A DNA stretch of 62,504 bases, counting the filler, from Basidiobolus ranarum (taxonomy: Eukaryota), in the NCBI GenBank assembly GCA_040143965.1. It is 39 parts of 39 records of this genome, joined end to end, with 100 filler letters (N's around TTAATTAATTAA, not from the genome) between each part and the next. Parts side by side here need not be neighbours in the genome. Positions count along the whole stretch, not along the records: positions 11,270 to 12,778 come from JASJQH010004970.1; positions 12,879 to 14,387 come from JASJQH010004971.1; positions 14,488 to 15,996 come from JASJQH010004972.1; positions 16,097 to 17,604 come from JASJQH010004973.1; positions 17,705 to 19,212 come from JASJQH010004974.1; positions 19,313 to 20,820 come from JASJQH010004975.1; positions 20,921 to 22,428 come from JASJQH010004976.1; positions 22,529 to 24,035 come from JASJQH010004977.1; 31 more parts are not named here. One strand, 5' to 3'. The first letter of the stretch is position 1, and every line of letters begins with the position of its first letter. A program made the position numbers and the translations under genes. This document shows positions 11,770 through 24,136 of this stretch, piece after piece. The notes below the pieces were generated by a model, which made no database searches, was not told where the DNA came from, and saw nothing but the letters and a program-made list of their open reading frames with translations.

Positions 11770-12543
11770 TTGGGAGGAGGATAGATCCTCACCTAGATAT
11801 GAGCATAGACACCATAATATTGAGTCTGAAGATAGATCATGAGAACCCAACAGAAGGCTTCAGGATGCTCAACTGGAAAATCAAGGTCACAACAGTTCCT
11901 CATGCAGACATGGGAGAAGACATTGTGGTTCTAAATCTGAAGACTGATCCCCACCCAGACACTGGAGAAGGCACTGTGGCATTGAATTAGAGGGTAGGCA
12001 TGAAGAAAGATCCCCATGCAGAAATGGTAGAAGACATCAAGACATCAAGCCTGAAGGCAGTTTTGCTTGAAGATGTAGGAGAAGACAGAGAGATCATCAA
12101 CCTGAATCCCTACCAAGACACAGGAGAAGACACTAGGACACTGGACTAGAAGACAAACATGAAGTGAGTTCCCCATGCAGATACAAGAGAAGACATCAAG
12201 ACACTGAGCCTGAAGGTACATTTGCCCCTGGATATGGGAGAAGGCAATGAGATTGTAAACCTGAAAACAGGTCCACACACAGACATGGGAGAGGACATCA
12301 AGGTCCTGGACCTGAAGTCAGATCCCCACCAAGACACAGGAGAAGACATTGGGATGCTGGAGTAGAAGAAGAACATGAAGAGAAATCCCCATGCAGACAC
12401 AAGAGAAGACATCAAAATACTAAGCCTAAAGGAAAATTTGCCCCTAGATATGGGAGAAGGTATCAAGATTGTAGACCTGAAGACAGGTCCCCACACAGAC
12501 ATGGGAGAAGACATTGAGATCCTGGACCTTAAGACAGATCCCC
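11770..12543 (+). repeat. Degenerate 51/63-bp tandem repeat with a 216-bp higher-order unit; decayed Arg/His-rich ORF
   Basis: Recurrent GATCCCCA..AGACA.GGGAGAAGACAT; units at ~12115 and ~12331 are 216 bp apart. Confidence 0.75.
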
Positions 12544-12778
12544 TATTGAAGTTATTTAGGGAGACATATTGGTCTGGCCAGGATTTGAACCTGGGGCCTC
12601 CTTCACTCTAGCAAGGTGCTCTAACCACTGAGCTACCAGTCCTTGTATGCTATGCCTATATTCCTAGGGAACCTTAACCTAGTCTGTCAATGTATGGTAC
12701 TTTGGCATTTCAGCTATACAAGCAACTGATTGGCCTTAGACTTTGTGTTCAGATGCAGTCACCATACTCCATATTTTC
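12544..12778. mobile_element. tRNA-containing LTR, third copy (tRNA-like 12570-12642, minus strand)
   Basis: Near-identical to 3718-3950. Confidence 0.88.
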
Positions 12779-12878
12779 NNNNNNNNNNNNNNNNNNNNNN
12801 NNNNNNNNNNNNNNNNNNNNNNTTAATTAATTAANNNNNNNNNNNNNNNNNNNNNNNNNNNNNNNNNNNNNNNNNNNN

Positions 12879-13439
12879 TATGCAGCAGTTAAGCAGATTT
12901 TCAGATGTTTGAAGGGGACAATTGATCTGGGATTAAGATACTCATATTCTTATGAGAATAAGGATCTAATTGGGTTTAGTGATGCAGATTGGGGACATGA
13001 TATTGAGGACAAAAGATCCATCATTGGATATATCTTTCTCTATAGTGAAGCAGCCATATCTTGGAATAGCAAGAAACAACCCACCACAGCACTTTCAACA
13101 ACTGAAGCAGAGTATATGGCAGCATCACATACAACAAAGGAGACTATGTGGTTAAGGAAACTGTTCAAAGACTTAGGCATTTTTAAAAGGTCACCCATCA
13201 AAATTTTCAAGGTTAATCAAAGTTAAATTTCTTTAGCTAAAAACCCAGAATTTCATGCTAGAAGTAGGCACATTGATATTCAACATCACTTTGTGTGGGA
13301 AGCTATTGAGAATAAGCATGTCCAATTAGAGTAAAGTCCAACTGGGGACATGATTACTGCTATTCTTACCAAACCATTACCAAAGCCAAAATTTGAAGAA
13401 TCAAGATTTAAGTTAGGATTAAGATATATGAATATTTAG
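12879..13439 (+). pseudogene. Ty1/copia RT C-terminus and RNase H
   Basis: GFSDADWG...ISWNSKKQPTTALSTTEAEY. Confidence 0.92.
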
Positions 13440-13440
13440 T

Positions 13441-13980
13441 TGAGTGGGAGTGTTGAAGTATATTGTCTTTATGATATTTGTTAACTCTATCTTTATATAC
13501 CCAACTATTTTATATATCACATATAAGTTAGTTATGATTACTTAGTCATATATCACTTGACTGCAAATTGGAGCATATAATACATATATGTGAATAATGT
13601 GAGAATTAGCAATTCCATATTGGAAAATTCAAACTTGTCCAAATTGCTTGAAAGATAGCCCATTTTACTCCCACTTATGTTCTGAACACAACCCCAGTGA
13701 TAGTTTTCTGTATTTGCACCAAAATGTATAAATGCTTCATTTCTGGACAATAAATAATTATCTCACAGAGCTATTCAAAACTCCACTTTTCTAAAGTTCC
13801 TCCAAACAGCCCATATTTTCCCTATAGTTGCAAGCTGACCTAAAAAATGATAATTACCAGATACAAGCCAGTTTAGCAATTGGCTAAGAATTGGGCATCT
13901 GTACTTTGCCTTTAGTTGACCAGCAGTATTGTGAACATGTATTTTGCTTAATGCCAGTATGAACATATTTTTACACACTA
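13441..13980 (+). mobile_element. Polypurine tract (GAGTGGGAG) and 3' LTR family B starting 13451; end approximate
   Basis: TGTTGAAG directly after the PPT; copies at 39884, ~43655 and 49270-49676 (reverse). Confidence 0.75.
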
Positions 13981-14785
13981 GTTAGCAATTAGTGTTTACA
14001 ACATAAAGATAAGGATATCAAATGTGATATAAGCAATAAATTTCAATAACAAATGCTATATATCATCTGCCACTCTCCAATAACTATCCCATGGTGAGTA
14101 TGCACCAAAGTTTCAGAGGTTTTAGAGTGATGTTATGTAAATGGAACCTTCCTTAGCACATTCTACACGTTAGTTTGCTTACATCGGGATAAAAGTTTAA
14201 ATGACAATTTTCTACTCAATAAATCAATAAGTGAAAACCACCAATTTCTCTAATTATCCAAACCACTTCCAACAGGCTCCCAAATACTTTAACATATACC
14301 AGTGAAGAAAATTTTAAAATCAAAGGATTCTATTTAGAATAATTATATGATGAAAAAGGCTGACAAAAAGGAAGCTCTAATGGCAGGNNNNNNNNNNNNN
14401 NNNNNNNNNNNNNNNNNNNNNNNNNNNNNNNTTAATTAATTAANNNNNNNNNNNNNNNNNNNNNNNNNNNNNNNNNNNNNNNNNNNNGAAGAGAAACAAC
14501 CAGAGGAAGTATTTCTTGCTGACCAGGAAGAAAATAATTGAATGGTAGAGGATCCAACATTTGTGAGAAGCTTTATAAGAATAAAAATGTTCTCTAAATA
14601 ATCGCAGCTAGTGTCAGCTACTCGACTTTAAATAGTCTAGGAAATAGAATTATCTTCATAATAAAAGACATTGTATGCTACTGAACGTGGTTTAGTAGTT
14701 GTGATGAATGAAATAGAATTATACATATATGCAGTAGAATTTTCAAGACATGATATGAATTGTGTGAAGTGAGTTCCTAAGCTAA

Positions 14786-15239
14786 TCAACGACCGAATAA
14801 GCGGACAAAAAGATTCTTGGGATCTTTGTCAGCTTTGCTCAAGGCATCGAGACTAACCAATAGACGTTCGTAGTAACTTGGGTTTCCTGCGGGCGTTAAG
14901 ATGGATTCTGAGAGCTTATTCTACATTTTATAAAGAATGTTCAGCAAGTTGACAAAATAAACTTGAGACAAATTTAGGTTAAAAGCTCACCTCTTTCTTA
15001 TAGTCATTTCCAAGAACCTTTTTTAAAGCCTCTAGTTGGCTTCTAGTTTCTTGAAGAGTAGCTTCAACCTCAGCCTCAGTAGAGGCATTGAGTGGCTTAC
15101 GAAAATCTTCTACAAGGCGAGTATGTAGAGAAGTGCGGAAGTTACGAGTAGGACGGATGGGATCAGCAGGCCATTTAGCGGCGAGGCGAAGGAAGGTTCT
15201 GTAAAGAGAGACAACCTCTTGACGTTGTTGAGGATTCAT
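14786..15239 (-). CDS. CBP6: Cbp6/UQCC2-like mitochondrial complex III assembly factor, 127 aa; exons 15239-14991 and 14920-14786
   Basis: LYRTFLRLAAKWPAD...NDYKKE|NKLSESILTPAGNPSYYERL; 70-nt GT-AG intron joins in frame. Confidence 0.8.
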
Positions 15240-15731
15240 GAATTATGGTTTTTTTAATGGAGAAGGAGGTTGCTGAGTGAATTAATGGCAATCATTCATT
15301 GTTCACAACGTATACCAAGTATCCCAAAACCCTTCCATGAAATTCAAATTTTTTTGTAAAAATTGGATAGTCAGGTTTGATCATGTTGACATGACCAACT
15401 AACAACCAATGCTACAAAATGGGGATATTTGCGAATAATTTAAACAGAATCCAGCTCAAGATCAATTTATATTCATAGCTAGTCTCCATAAACTCAGCGT
15501 TGTTATGAAGATCATTAAGTCAATGATGCTTTTGTGATTACTGTGATCCTTGTTGCGCGGTATTGACGCGCGAATGTGACGAAAAAAAGAAAAATCTTGG
15601 AACGAATTATTTTGGGTAAACAAAAAACTACGAATATTTCCAAGTTTAAGTGCATTTAACCGACATAGGTGGTTTGTTCAACTTTTACATATAGGCTTCC
15701 AGGGTTGCGCCTGTCACACTACTTTTTCATT

Positions 15732-15932
15732 ATGGTGCAGTCAATGTTTGATGATCAGTTTCAATCTTCAGAAGTACCTCTTAATCCAACAATCAATGCC
15801 ACTTCTGCTGAAGCATACCACAATATGTTAAATACAGCAGCAAAGGCTCTAGATGCACAGTTGATAAGTGATATCAAATTCCCCGCTGTGTTACAAATTT
15901 TTTTTGTTGGCCAAGAAACTTTTCGGGTTTGA
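15732..15932 (+). CDS. Possible Nup170/Nup155 nucleoporin N-terminal fragment
   Basis: LNTAAKALDAQLISDIKFPAV resembles the Nup155 N-terminal motif as I recall it; divergent from the CBP6-like gene; exon structure unresolved. Confidence 0.45.
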   Translation: MVQSMFDDQFQSSEVPLNPTINATSAEAYHNMLNTAAKALDAQLISDIKFPAVLQIFFVGQETFRV

Positions 15933-16559
15933 GATTAAATTTGTTCTAATTTTTATTTCATAGAAACCTTTTTAGTTCGAGGTTAAATCTTTGAGANNNN
16001 NNNNNNNNNNNNNNNNNNNNNNNNNNNNNNNNNNNNNNNNTTAATTAATTAANNNNNNNNNNNNNNNNNNNNNNNNNNNNNNNNNNNNNNNNNNNNTGTA
16101 TCTACGATTTAGGCGAAAAAAATCACCAATGAGGAATAGTAACCCTTCTTTATTTTAGTTCCCATTTTCGAATAGCTTTCTACGATTGAAATTAGTATAC
16201 GCCCACGGAAAGTATCGGATTCAAACAGAGATTACTGGCTAGAAACTCTCAGTAAAACGCTGTTTAAACTATTGCTTATCAAATTCTTACATTACTTCCA
16301 ACAACTTCAGCTAAACTCGAATGCGCATCGTTGATTAAGACTGTCAGAACCACCAAAGTAGTAAAGGCAGCCCCAAGCCAGCAAATATGGAGGATAGCGG
16401 TAGTTGAAAATGAACCTCAGCTGCGTAAATGTAATACGATATGTGAGAAGAGATGCGACATGTGGCAAGAGATGTGATATGTGAGAAGAGATTCATTTCA
16501 ATAATAAACCTTGGATAAACCTTCATATAATGATCAACAAAGAGAGTCGACCTCCGTCT

Positions 16560-17192
16560 CCACATTCGTAACTAAACAAGTTACCAGAAAGATTGAGCAA
16601 GACCTATGACTCTATTAGATGTTGTTTCTTAATACCTTTGGTAAACACTGAGCTCATAACAACCCGTTCTGATTTGTCAACGGATTGTACTGGTGGATTT
16701 TCAGTATCAAGTAGAATATCTCTTAAGAGTGGTTATCCGGAGAACCCAAAGAGCTTGAGGAATAATGCACTACTGTGAATGCTTGTGAGCCCATCCAGAA
16801 ACTGTTCGAACTCGGGGCTTAATTCATCGTAAAGGGCATACGAATTGGACTACAACATGCTTCCCCTGGTTACTCATACTTCTTTCCTTTGCAGAATGGT
16901 GGATCGACTGGTTGTTCTTCGAAAGAGATATCAGTGTGCCAGGTACCCTTTAAGTTTAACATACCCTGAATTTGTTTGGAAGTCGCAACTGCCGATGAAA
17001 ATCCAATTTGTGGATAAGCATCTGGATCTCGAGTAGGAACGAATGAGTAGATATGAAGCTTGTCAAGTCGTCGGTCTAATGCCACCTGGTTATCGTGATC
17101 GAATTCTTGATCTCGAAGAGTGCAACACTGCGTTCAGTAATCAAAGCTAAAAACTCATCAGTCCGTTTTGTCAATTGTGAATTCGGTCCCAT
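16560..17192 (-). pseudogene. TauD/JLP1-like 2-oxoglutarate sulfonate dioxygenase pseudogene
   Basis: DEFLALITERSVALF/RDQEFD; WHTDISFEEQP (HxD); YALYDELSPEFEQFLDGLTSIHS; frameshifts and stops. Confidence 0.75.
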
Positions 17193-18641
17193 ATTTAATA
17201 ATCATTATGTCATTGATAGAATTACGGCCATTTTATTCAGAGGAAACATATTTGTACAAGTTTTTACACGAGATCTAATCAATACTTAGGCTAGGCTCTA
17301 CTAAGTACTAGATTGTCTGTACTAGAATATTATTGATAAAATACGAATTTACAACCATCAGCAATTTCCGTAATACCTCAAATGCAGTTGCTACATTGGT
17401 GCTTAATTGGATTTATAGACTAAAACCCCTGCTTACAATAGATGAATACGCTGCAGTACACAGGAAGCCTCCATGCATATGGAAGTATCTTCGATCAAGA
17501 AACACAATTAAAACTTAATAGATAATGGAGTGTGGGGTGCGGGGTGAGAAGAAAATAACTGCTCCGATTTGAATCTTACCCCACGCATAGACATCACTGA
17601 ATAGNNNNNNNNNNNNNNNNNNNNNNNNNNNNNNNNNNNNNNNNNNNNTTAATTAATTAANNNNNNNNNNNNNNNNNNNNNNNNNNNNNNNNNNNNNNNN
17701 NNNNCTAAAGACAACTTGGACTGGCTCCGGCTTGGATAGATATTTCCCTGGCATGGACAGGCTAGTATCCTGGGTTGAGGGATTCATTAGTTCTGCTATG
17801 AATGTTGAATTGATTAGGTGAAATTAAATGATGACTGAAATAAGTGTAACGCGCTCAACTTATATAGTTTGATCTTTGAGGTGTTCATTACTGAGCACCT
17901 CATATCCGATCGATAACTAAGGGGTCGACTCGATGGAGAAACGGGTAAAAGGACAAATGGACAAAATGAGTGTTTGAGTTCACTCACAAGTGCCAATCAC
18001 ATTATTGGTTAATAATAGTGGTGGTGAATTGAGTTTTACATACAATTGATGTGTAGTACCAAAAGGAACCTCCGTGATATCTCAGGTTTTGTTGTATTAT
18101 TGGCTAACATTATCCAACTGGAGTTAGGTCCGCAGCTTATAAGTGGATTTAACCTTATATTTAATACTATTAGAACTATTAGAACCTGGCAATAACCTGT
18201 TGGATCGGTTTCATCTATTTGGATGGCCACACGCATTCTAAGGGTTGTTAGAAGAGCAGCAGCAATTTCAACTACTAACGACTTTATTTCTGGCTAAGTG
18301 CTCACATGTCAGTTCACTTCAATACAAGACTTTGCTTTTCTATACGACTGAGTACGATCTCTATACTTTGTCCATGTTCCTTCACAGTTGTGATTTGAAA
18401 TCAGTAAGGAGAGCTATGGCAATAGATCCGAGAATGTCGGATTCACTAGGCGTTATTTATGGAAATATAACACTACCTGACAAGTCCTGACAACAAAAAC
18501 CTTAACCTTAGTCGAATGAAACCGTGACTAGATAGGTATTTCAATCCGCTAGATATTATTTCAGACAACATTGTGTCACTAGGATGATTACAGATGGCTA
18601 TTGGCTGAATGAAACTCTGATCATGATTACAAAAAAGGATG

Positions 18642-18717
18642 GTAATGCTGCTTCCAAGATATCAACTGGTGATAATATAGTAATGCTGCTTCCAAGATAT
18701 CAACTGGTGATAATATA
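18642..18717. repeat. Perfect 38-bp tandem duplication
   Basis: GTAATGCTGCTTCCAAGATATCAACTGGTGATAATATA x2. Confidence 0.9.
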
Positions 18718-19357
18718 GGAACCAGACTTGGGGTATACAACATTGCTCTTGCTAGATGTAGCTCATCCTACGGTAACTTTTAGAGTTAAGATTACCAAAC
18801 TATTTCACGTAATTAGAATCAACACATTAGGAAAATACAAGTGTGGTTTTCAAGCAGTTCAGGAATTACCACATATATCATCATATCTATATATTATTAC
18901 CGAAAGGATTTGTTGTTTGGTTTGTTGCTAAAATGCTTTGTTGCCTATCTCTTTCCCTGGTATAAACAATGTCACTACCAATAACTAAAGGCTTTTAGTC
19001 GTATTCATGAGACTACACAAGTTGAAACTAGTACAAGAATTAAGCTTATGTACTAAATATAGTAGTATTTATTCGTGTAATTAGTAGATATACATGCAAG
19101 CGGAATACAGATGAAGTCGTATGATAAAAATGAAGAATGCTGAATGCCATGAAAATGATTAAATAGAAATTACAGTATGCTTGACTTCTACTTCGTGTTT
19201 GCTTCCGAAGAGNNNNNNNNNNNNNNNNNNNNNNNNNNNNNNNNNNNNNNNNNNNNTTAATTAATTAANNNNNNNNNNNNNNNNNNNNNNNNNNNNNNNN
19301 NNNNNNNNNNNNTAAAGATAGGGATAACATGTATGATAAAGACAATAAACTTCAACA

Positions 19358-19552
19358 GTTCCTGCCTTACAGTCTTCTGTCTTATTAGCCCAGTCTGCAT
19401 CAGCATATCCTTCCAAAATAAGTAACATGTTGTACTGCTTACTAAATTGAATTCCATGATGTATTGTTCCTTGCAGATAGCATATTATATGTTTCACAGC
19501 TATCCAATGTTCCATTACAGGATTTTCCATATATTTGCTTACTATGCTTACA
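19358..19552 (-). pseudogene. Ty1/copia RT/RNase H fragment
   Basis: MENPVMEHWIAVKHIICYLQGT...GYADADWA. Confidence 0.85.
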
Positions 19553-20160
19553 CCCTAATAGAAATTTGATAATTGTTACTGTAGGAAAACTGTCACAATT
19601 TTAATCCATTTGGGGTTGACTGTTTACTTACTGTCATAAAATTGTCAAGTTAGATTTGATTTTAATCAATATTATCAGTTTCAGGAGTGAAATTTCAAGA
19701 TCTCACAAAATAGTTGCATATGATTGGCTACAATCTCAGAGAACTATGGATCAGCACATGTGTGAAAAACTTTACTCAAATTTTACATAATTACCACTTG
19801 AATGCTAATTTGTTACCTTTGAAATCCCTGGTCTCTTTGATATATTCTCCCAAATATTTTTATAGAGTTCTTCATACCCAAGGTTTAGCTCATACCCAAC
19901 ACAAGTTTGTATCAATATCTCCATCAAAGCCCACCATTGTATTAATGTTGATGAATCAACATTCTTCCAGCTATCTGGCAGATACCCTCCAATATTATGC
20001 CACTCTGTATTAAGTTCATCCCAGATATCTGCATGATCAACACCAGACTGAATGTCAAGTTGAATGTTCTTCTTCTGAAGCCACTTTCTGCATACTTGCA
20101 CTGCATTTTTCCCTTCATACTTTTGAAAATACTCCTCAAGCACTTTGACTTTTTTTATAC
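19553..20160. mobile_element. CACTA-type element left end plus accessory ORF C-terminus (minus strand)
   Basis: CCCTAATAGAAATTTG terminus also at 23543, 32030, 42272 and ~44577. Confidence 0.8.
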
Positions 20161-21261
20161 CTATTAGTCACTCGTGGGACAAATACTGAGGTATGTGTGA
20201 TTTTTGCCTCCGTATTTGATACAAGATAGGACTATTAACTCTCAAAGGGAAAAGTATGCTCACCAAACAGGTAAGATCAGTATTCAAACTGTACCGGGTG
20301 AGTGTATCGGCAATAATACTCATGTGGATAAAATTCAATATTATTTTCCATAATACGCAATTGATCTTCAGATATGACTGCATTGCTAGAATGTATCATG
20401 AGAAAAATATAACGCATCAATATCCCATCGAAACATAAACTTATAACTTACCTGGGAAGATACCAAGACAATTAAATGCCGGGAATAGTTTCATTTTCAT
20501 ATTTCGTAAACCACTAATTTAGAAATGATTAACCCGAACATCAGGATTTAGGGGAAATATATGGGATTAATATAGAACTAACAATATTTTTAGTAAACGC
20601 TATATTAAGCCTTATTATTACTTCATCAATAACACATTTGGAATACCTGAGTGCTTCTCATCAGGAGAAACCAGTTAGTTGATGAGAAGAGGCAGCAATG
20701 GGTAACGGAATTTTGTGTAGCAACAATGGTGCAAGCTGCGTGTGAAGTGTTGTTATAGTGACTGGCTTTTGCCTGAGAATAATACCCAGTTACTCTTCGT
20801 GAATAGAGCCCAACAGGGAANNNNNNNNNNNNNNNNNNNNNNNNNNNNNNNNNNNNNNNNNNNNTTAATTAATTAANNNNNNNNNNNNNNNNNNNNNNNN
20901 NNNNNNNNNNNNNNNNNNNNTAGGTCTTTAGCGAGCAGAATATAGAATATTAATTTGAATGTGAGAGATACCCAATCTGGAATACTAACTGGTTCCCTCC
21001 TTGCGAAGTCAAAGAAAAGTCCAAGGTTAGGCCTGAATGTTAATGTAGAGTTAATAACAAGTCGTTACGTAAAGCTTTTTTGTCTTTTGCAAATTCTACG
21101 AAAATATTGCCAATTGTATTTGGTAATATCATTCAGATCAGTGGCTTGGCCTAACATTTGATTAACTAAGCCACATTTTTCTTATAAAAACCTACAATAC
21201 GCCTAAACATTGCTACATCAGACGAACAATAAGCACAGAAATCTTCTCTTTGATACTTAAT

Positions 21262-21606
21262 ATGTCCCAATATCACGAACTCTCATCCACAAACACTGGA
21301 AAGCATAGCCAGAAGCACCCTTCTCATTCTCACCATGACCGTTAACATAAGACAAGTGGTTTGACCGGAAGACGCGGCCAACAAAACTATCCTCGTTCCC
21401 CCTACGGCCGTCAATATGATGATGAGGAAGATAGTGAGTATGAAAGAGGCTGGGCTGGTAGACGTGGCCAACAAAATTATCCTCGTTCCCGCTACGGCGG
21501 TCAATACGATGAGGAAGAAGAGGATAGTGAGTACGAAAGAGGCTGGGCTGGTAGACGTGGCCAACAAAACTACCCTCGCCCTAGCTATGGCCGTCAGTAT
21601 GAATAA
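21262..21606 (+). CDS. Small tandem-repeat peptide gene (GRRGQQNYPR..YG.QY x3) with one in-frame TAA at 21343-21345
   Basis: TATAAAAA at ~21184; ATG 21262 in frame with ORF 21361-21606; repeats differ largely at synonymous sites. Confidence 0.6.
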
Positions 21607-22226
21607 GTTAACAATTACAGTTGAATGAATTTGTAAACAGAGCATAATTAAACTCCAATATTTGCCAAACTTTAGAGAGTGACTTTAGTTTGGATTCAGA
21701 TAAGATAGTATCCTTGAGCATAGGGTTAACCAAAACAAAATCTATGAAAAAACTATTACGATACAATATTTTGTTCATTGTAACTTTCCTGGGACTTAAG
21801 TTACCACCACATCATTAAATAGTTAATGCTAGGCGAGTGAGATCCAACAATAAGAAATAAGAAAAAATTCATATTCCGTAAGTATTGAACAGGTGTTCAT
21901 CTAGTATACTTTCGGTCCTAACTAGAGGTAGCATAAATAATGCTGCATATGGCGAATCCAATTGATTCAATGAAAGTTGAGCGACAGACTTTTCTTCGTT
22001 AGAAAAGTTGAGTTCCTGAACATGAAACACTTCCGCAGAGAACTAATTAACAATGTCTAGATTACGAAAAACCTCGATAATCCGAGCATGAATGCCTAAT
22101 ACTTACTTGGTCTTGTATGAGTATTCTGATAGATAGTCTAATTCGATTTTATTTCACCATTTGATGTATATCTCAGGTATATATTTGCAGAAACTATATA
22201 GTTTCATCGGTTCAACGATGTTATAC

Positions 22227-22427
22227 CTAATATTTATAGGCTGATCCACCACTTCCACCACCATTGCCTCCATAATCACCGCCTGATCCACCACCGCTAC
22301 CACCTCCGTATTTTCCTCCGCTTCCACCGCCATTGCCCCCATAATCACCACCTGATCCACCACCGCTACCACCTCCGTATTTTCCTCCGCTTCCACCGCC
22401 ATTGCCCCCATAATCACCACCTGATCC
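22227..22427 (-). CDS. Gly-rich protein C-terminus (66-bp/22-aa repeat GGSGGDYGGNGGGSGGKYGGGS)
   Basis: Open frame from contig edge to ...GGSAYKY-TAG; GGN codon periodicity. Confidence 0.75.
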   Translation of the reverse strand, partial: GSGGDYGGNGGGSGGKYGGGSGGGSGGDYGGNGGGSGGKYGGGSGGGSGGDYGGNGGGSGGSAYKY

Positions 22428-22528
22428 ANNNNNNNNNNNNNNNNNNNNNNNNNNNNNNNNNNNNNNNNNNNNTTAATTAATTAANNNNNNNNNNNNNNNN
22501 NNNNNNNNNNNNNNNNNNNNNNNNNNNN

Positions 22529-24035
22529 ATCAGTACTGGAATAACCAAGGTCAACATCTAGCAGCAAGTCCTCAAAGTTGGCTAGCCTCACTGGTTTGAC
22601 TGAAGCTGCATTTCTACCCGCACCATTTGGGTCATAAAACTGTAGTAACTCCATGGTATCTTGACTTTTGGCAGTGTTACCAAAACCTTGAGGCAAAGTA
22701 CCCTCAGTGGACTCAATGGGCAAAACTAAAGCTCATTAAGTGCACTTATTACTGTTGTTGTACACCAGGCTTTTTACAGTGACCATGCTTGTTGTTATTT
22801 TTCCTATGAAGCCTCCAGCTCTCATAGCACAAGAATTTGTGACAATAATAGACAGGCTTCTTTAAATGTCTGTGTTGTGCTACAAGAAGGATATTGTAGA
22901 AAAAACAACACTTGCTACACAAGGGTGGTGTTTTAGGTATAGCCCATCAACATCATCAGCAGATTCTCAGATGATGTCACAGATGAGTCATCAGGGGATT
23001 TACAAAATATTTCTAGTAATGGATTGCAATTTTTGTTTATTATAAGTTGTTTCTAAGGAATTTCATTACACCAAGTTTACCATCTGAAAATTTCAATGTC
23101 ATTCAAAGAGCATTCAAAATCTAAATCAGAATTGGCTTCCAAGCCAAAGCCTGCTTGCACAAGAGGAAAAAAAACAGAAAGAATAGAGAACTTAATTGAT
23201 GAGTAGTCTAGCAATCCACAACCACTTTGGAAGGCATTAACATGCCGGAAACTAACTAAAGTAATGATAAAGCATTAATCAATTTACCAGATGTGTTCTT
23301 TTCCAGCAATACTGCAAGTGAGGAGATTGTAATCCCACAATTACATATTGAATCAATGGTGGAGCAAAGTCAACCAAAACACTATCAAGACTATCAACTT
23401 TCAAAATAGCTACTTTGCCCACTATTGAACAACACTCCATAGAGAATTTGGATAGAGTTATTACAACAAGGGAATTGCAAGCAGAACACCATCATGATTT
23501 GTATGCAAGCATAAGTAAAAACTATGAAGTTGGTATACAGGCCCCTGACAAAAATTTGAGGATTGTTATCGTAGGAAAACAGTCACAATTTTAATCCATT
23601 TGGGATTGACTGTTTACTTACCATCATAAGAGCATCAAGTTAGATTTGATTTTAATCAATTTTTTCAGTTTCAGGAGTGAAATTTACGATCTTGCAAAAT
23701 AGTTGCAAATGATTGGCTAAAATCTCAGAGAACTATGGATCAACACATGAGCAAAAAATGTAACTCAAATTTTACACACTTACTACTTGAACGCTAATTT
23801 GTCACCTTCGAAATCCCTAGTCTCTTTGATCTAATCTCCTGAATATTTTTATAGGATTCTTCATACCCAAGGTTTAGCTCATACCCAACACGAGTTTGTG
23901 TCAATATCTCCATCAAAGCCTACCATTGTATTAACGTTACTGAATCAACAATCTTCCAGCTATCTGGCGGATACCCTGCAATATTGTGCCACTCTGTATT
24001 AAGTTCTTCCCAGATATCTGCATGGTCAACACCAG
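22529..24035. mobile_element. CACTA-type element centre with a second copy's left end inserted at 23543
   Basis: Homology to 31250-32030 and 19553-20050. Confidence 0.8.
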
Positions 24036-24136
24036 NNNNNNNNNNNNNNNNNNNNNNNNNNNNNNNNNNNNNNNNNNNNTTAATTAATTAANNNNNNNNN
24101 NNNNNNNNNNNNNNNNNNNNNNNNNNNNNNNNNNNT

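Noticed and set aside
17705-17790. Possible minus-strand gene start (MNPSTQDTSLSMPGK...)
   Set aside because: Too short, cut by the gap, no recognisable motif
21283-21645. Hydrophobic minus-strand 120-aa ORF
   Set aside because: Antisense shadow; the silent-change pattern supports the plus frame
22154-22420. Val/Ala-rich ORF in the track
   Set aside because: Shadow frame of the Gly-rich repeat
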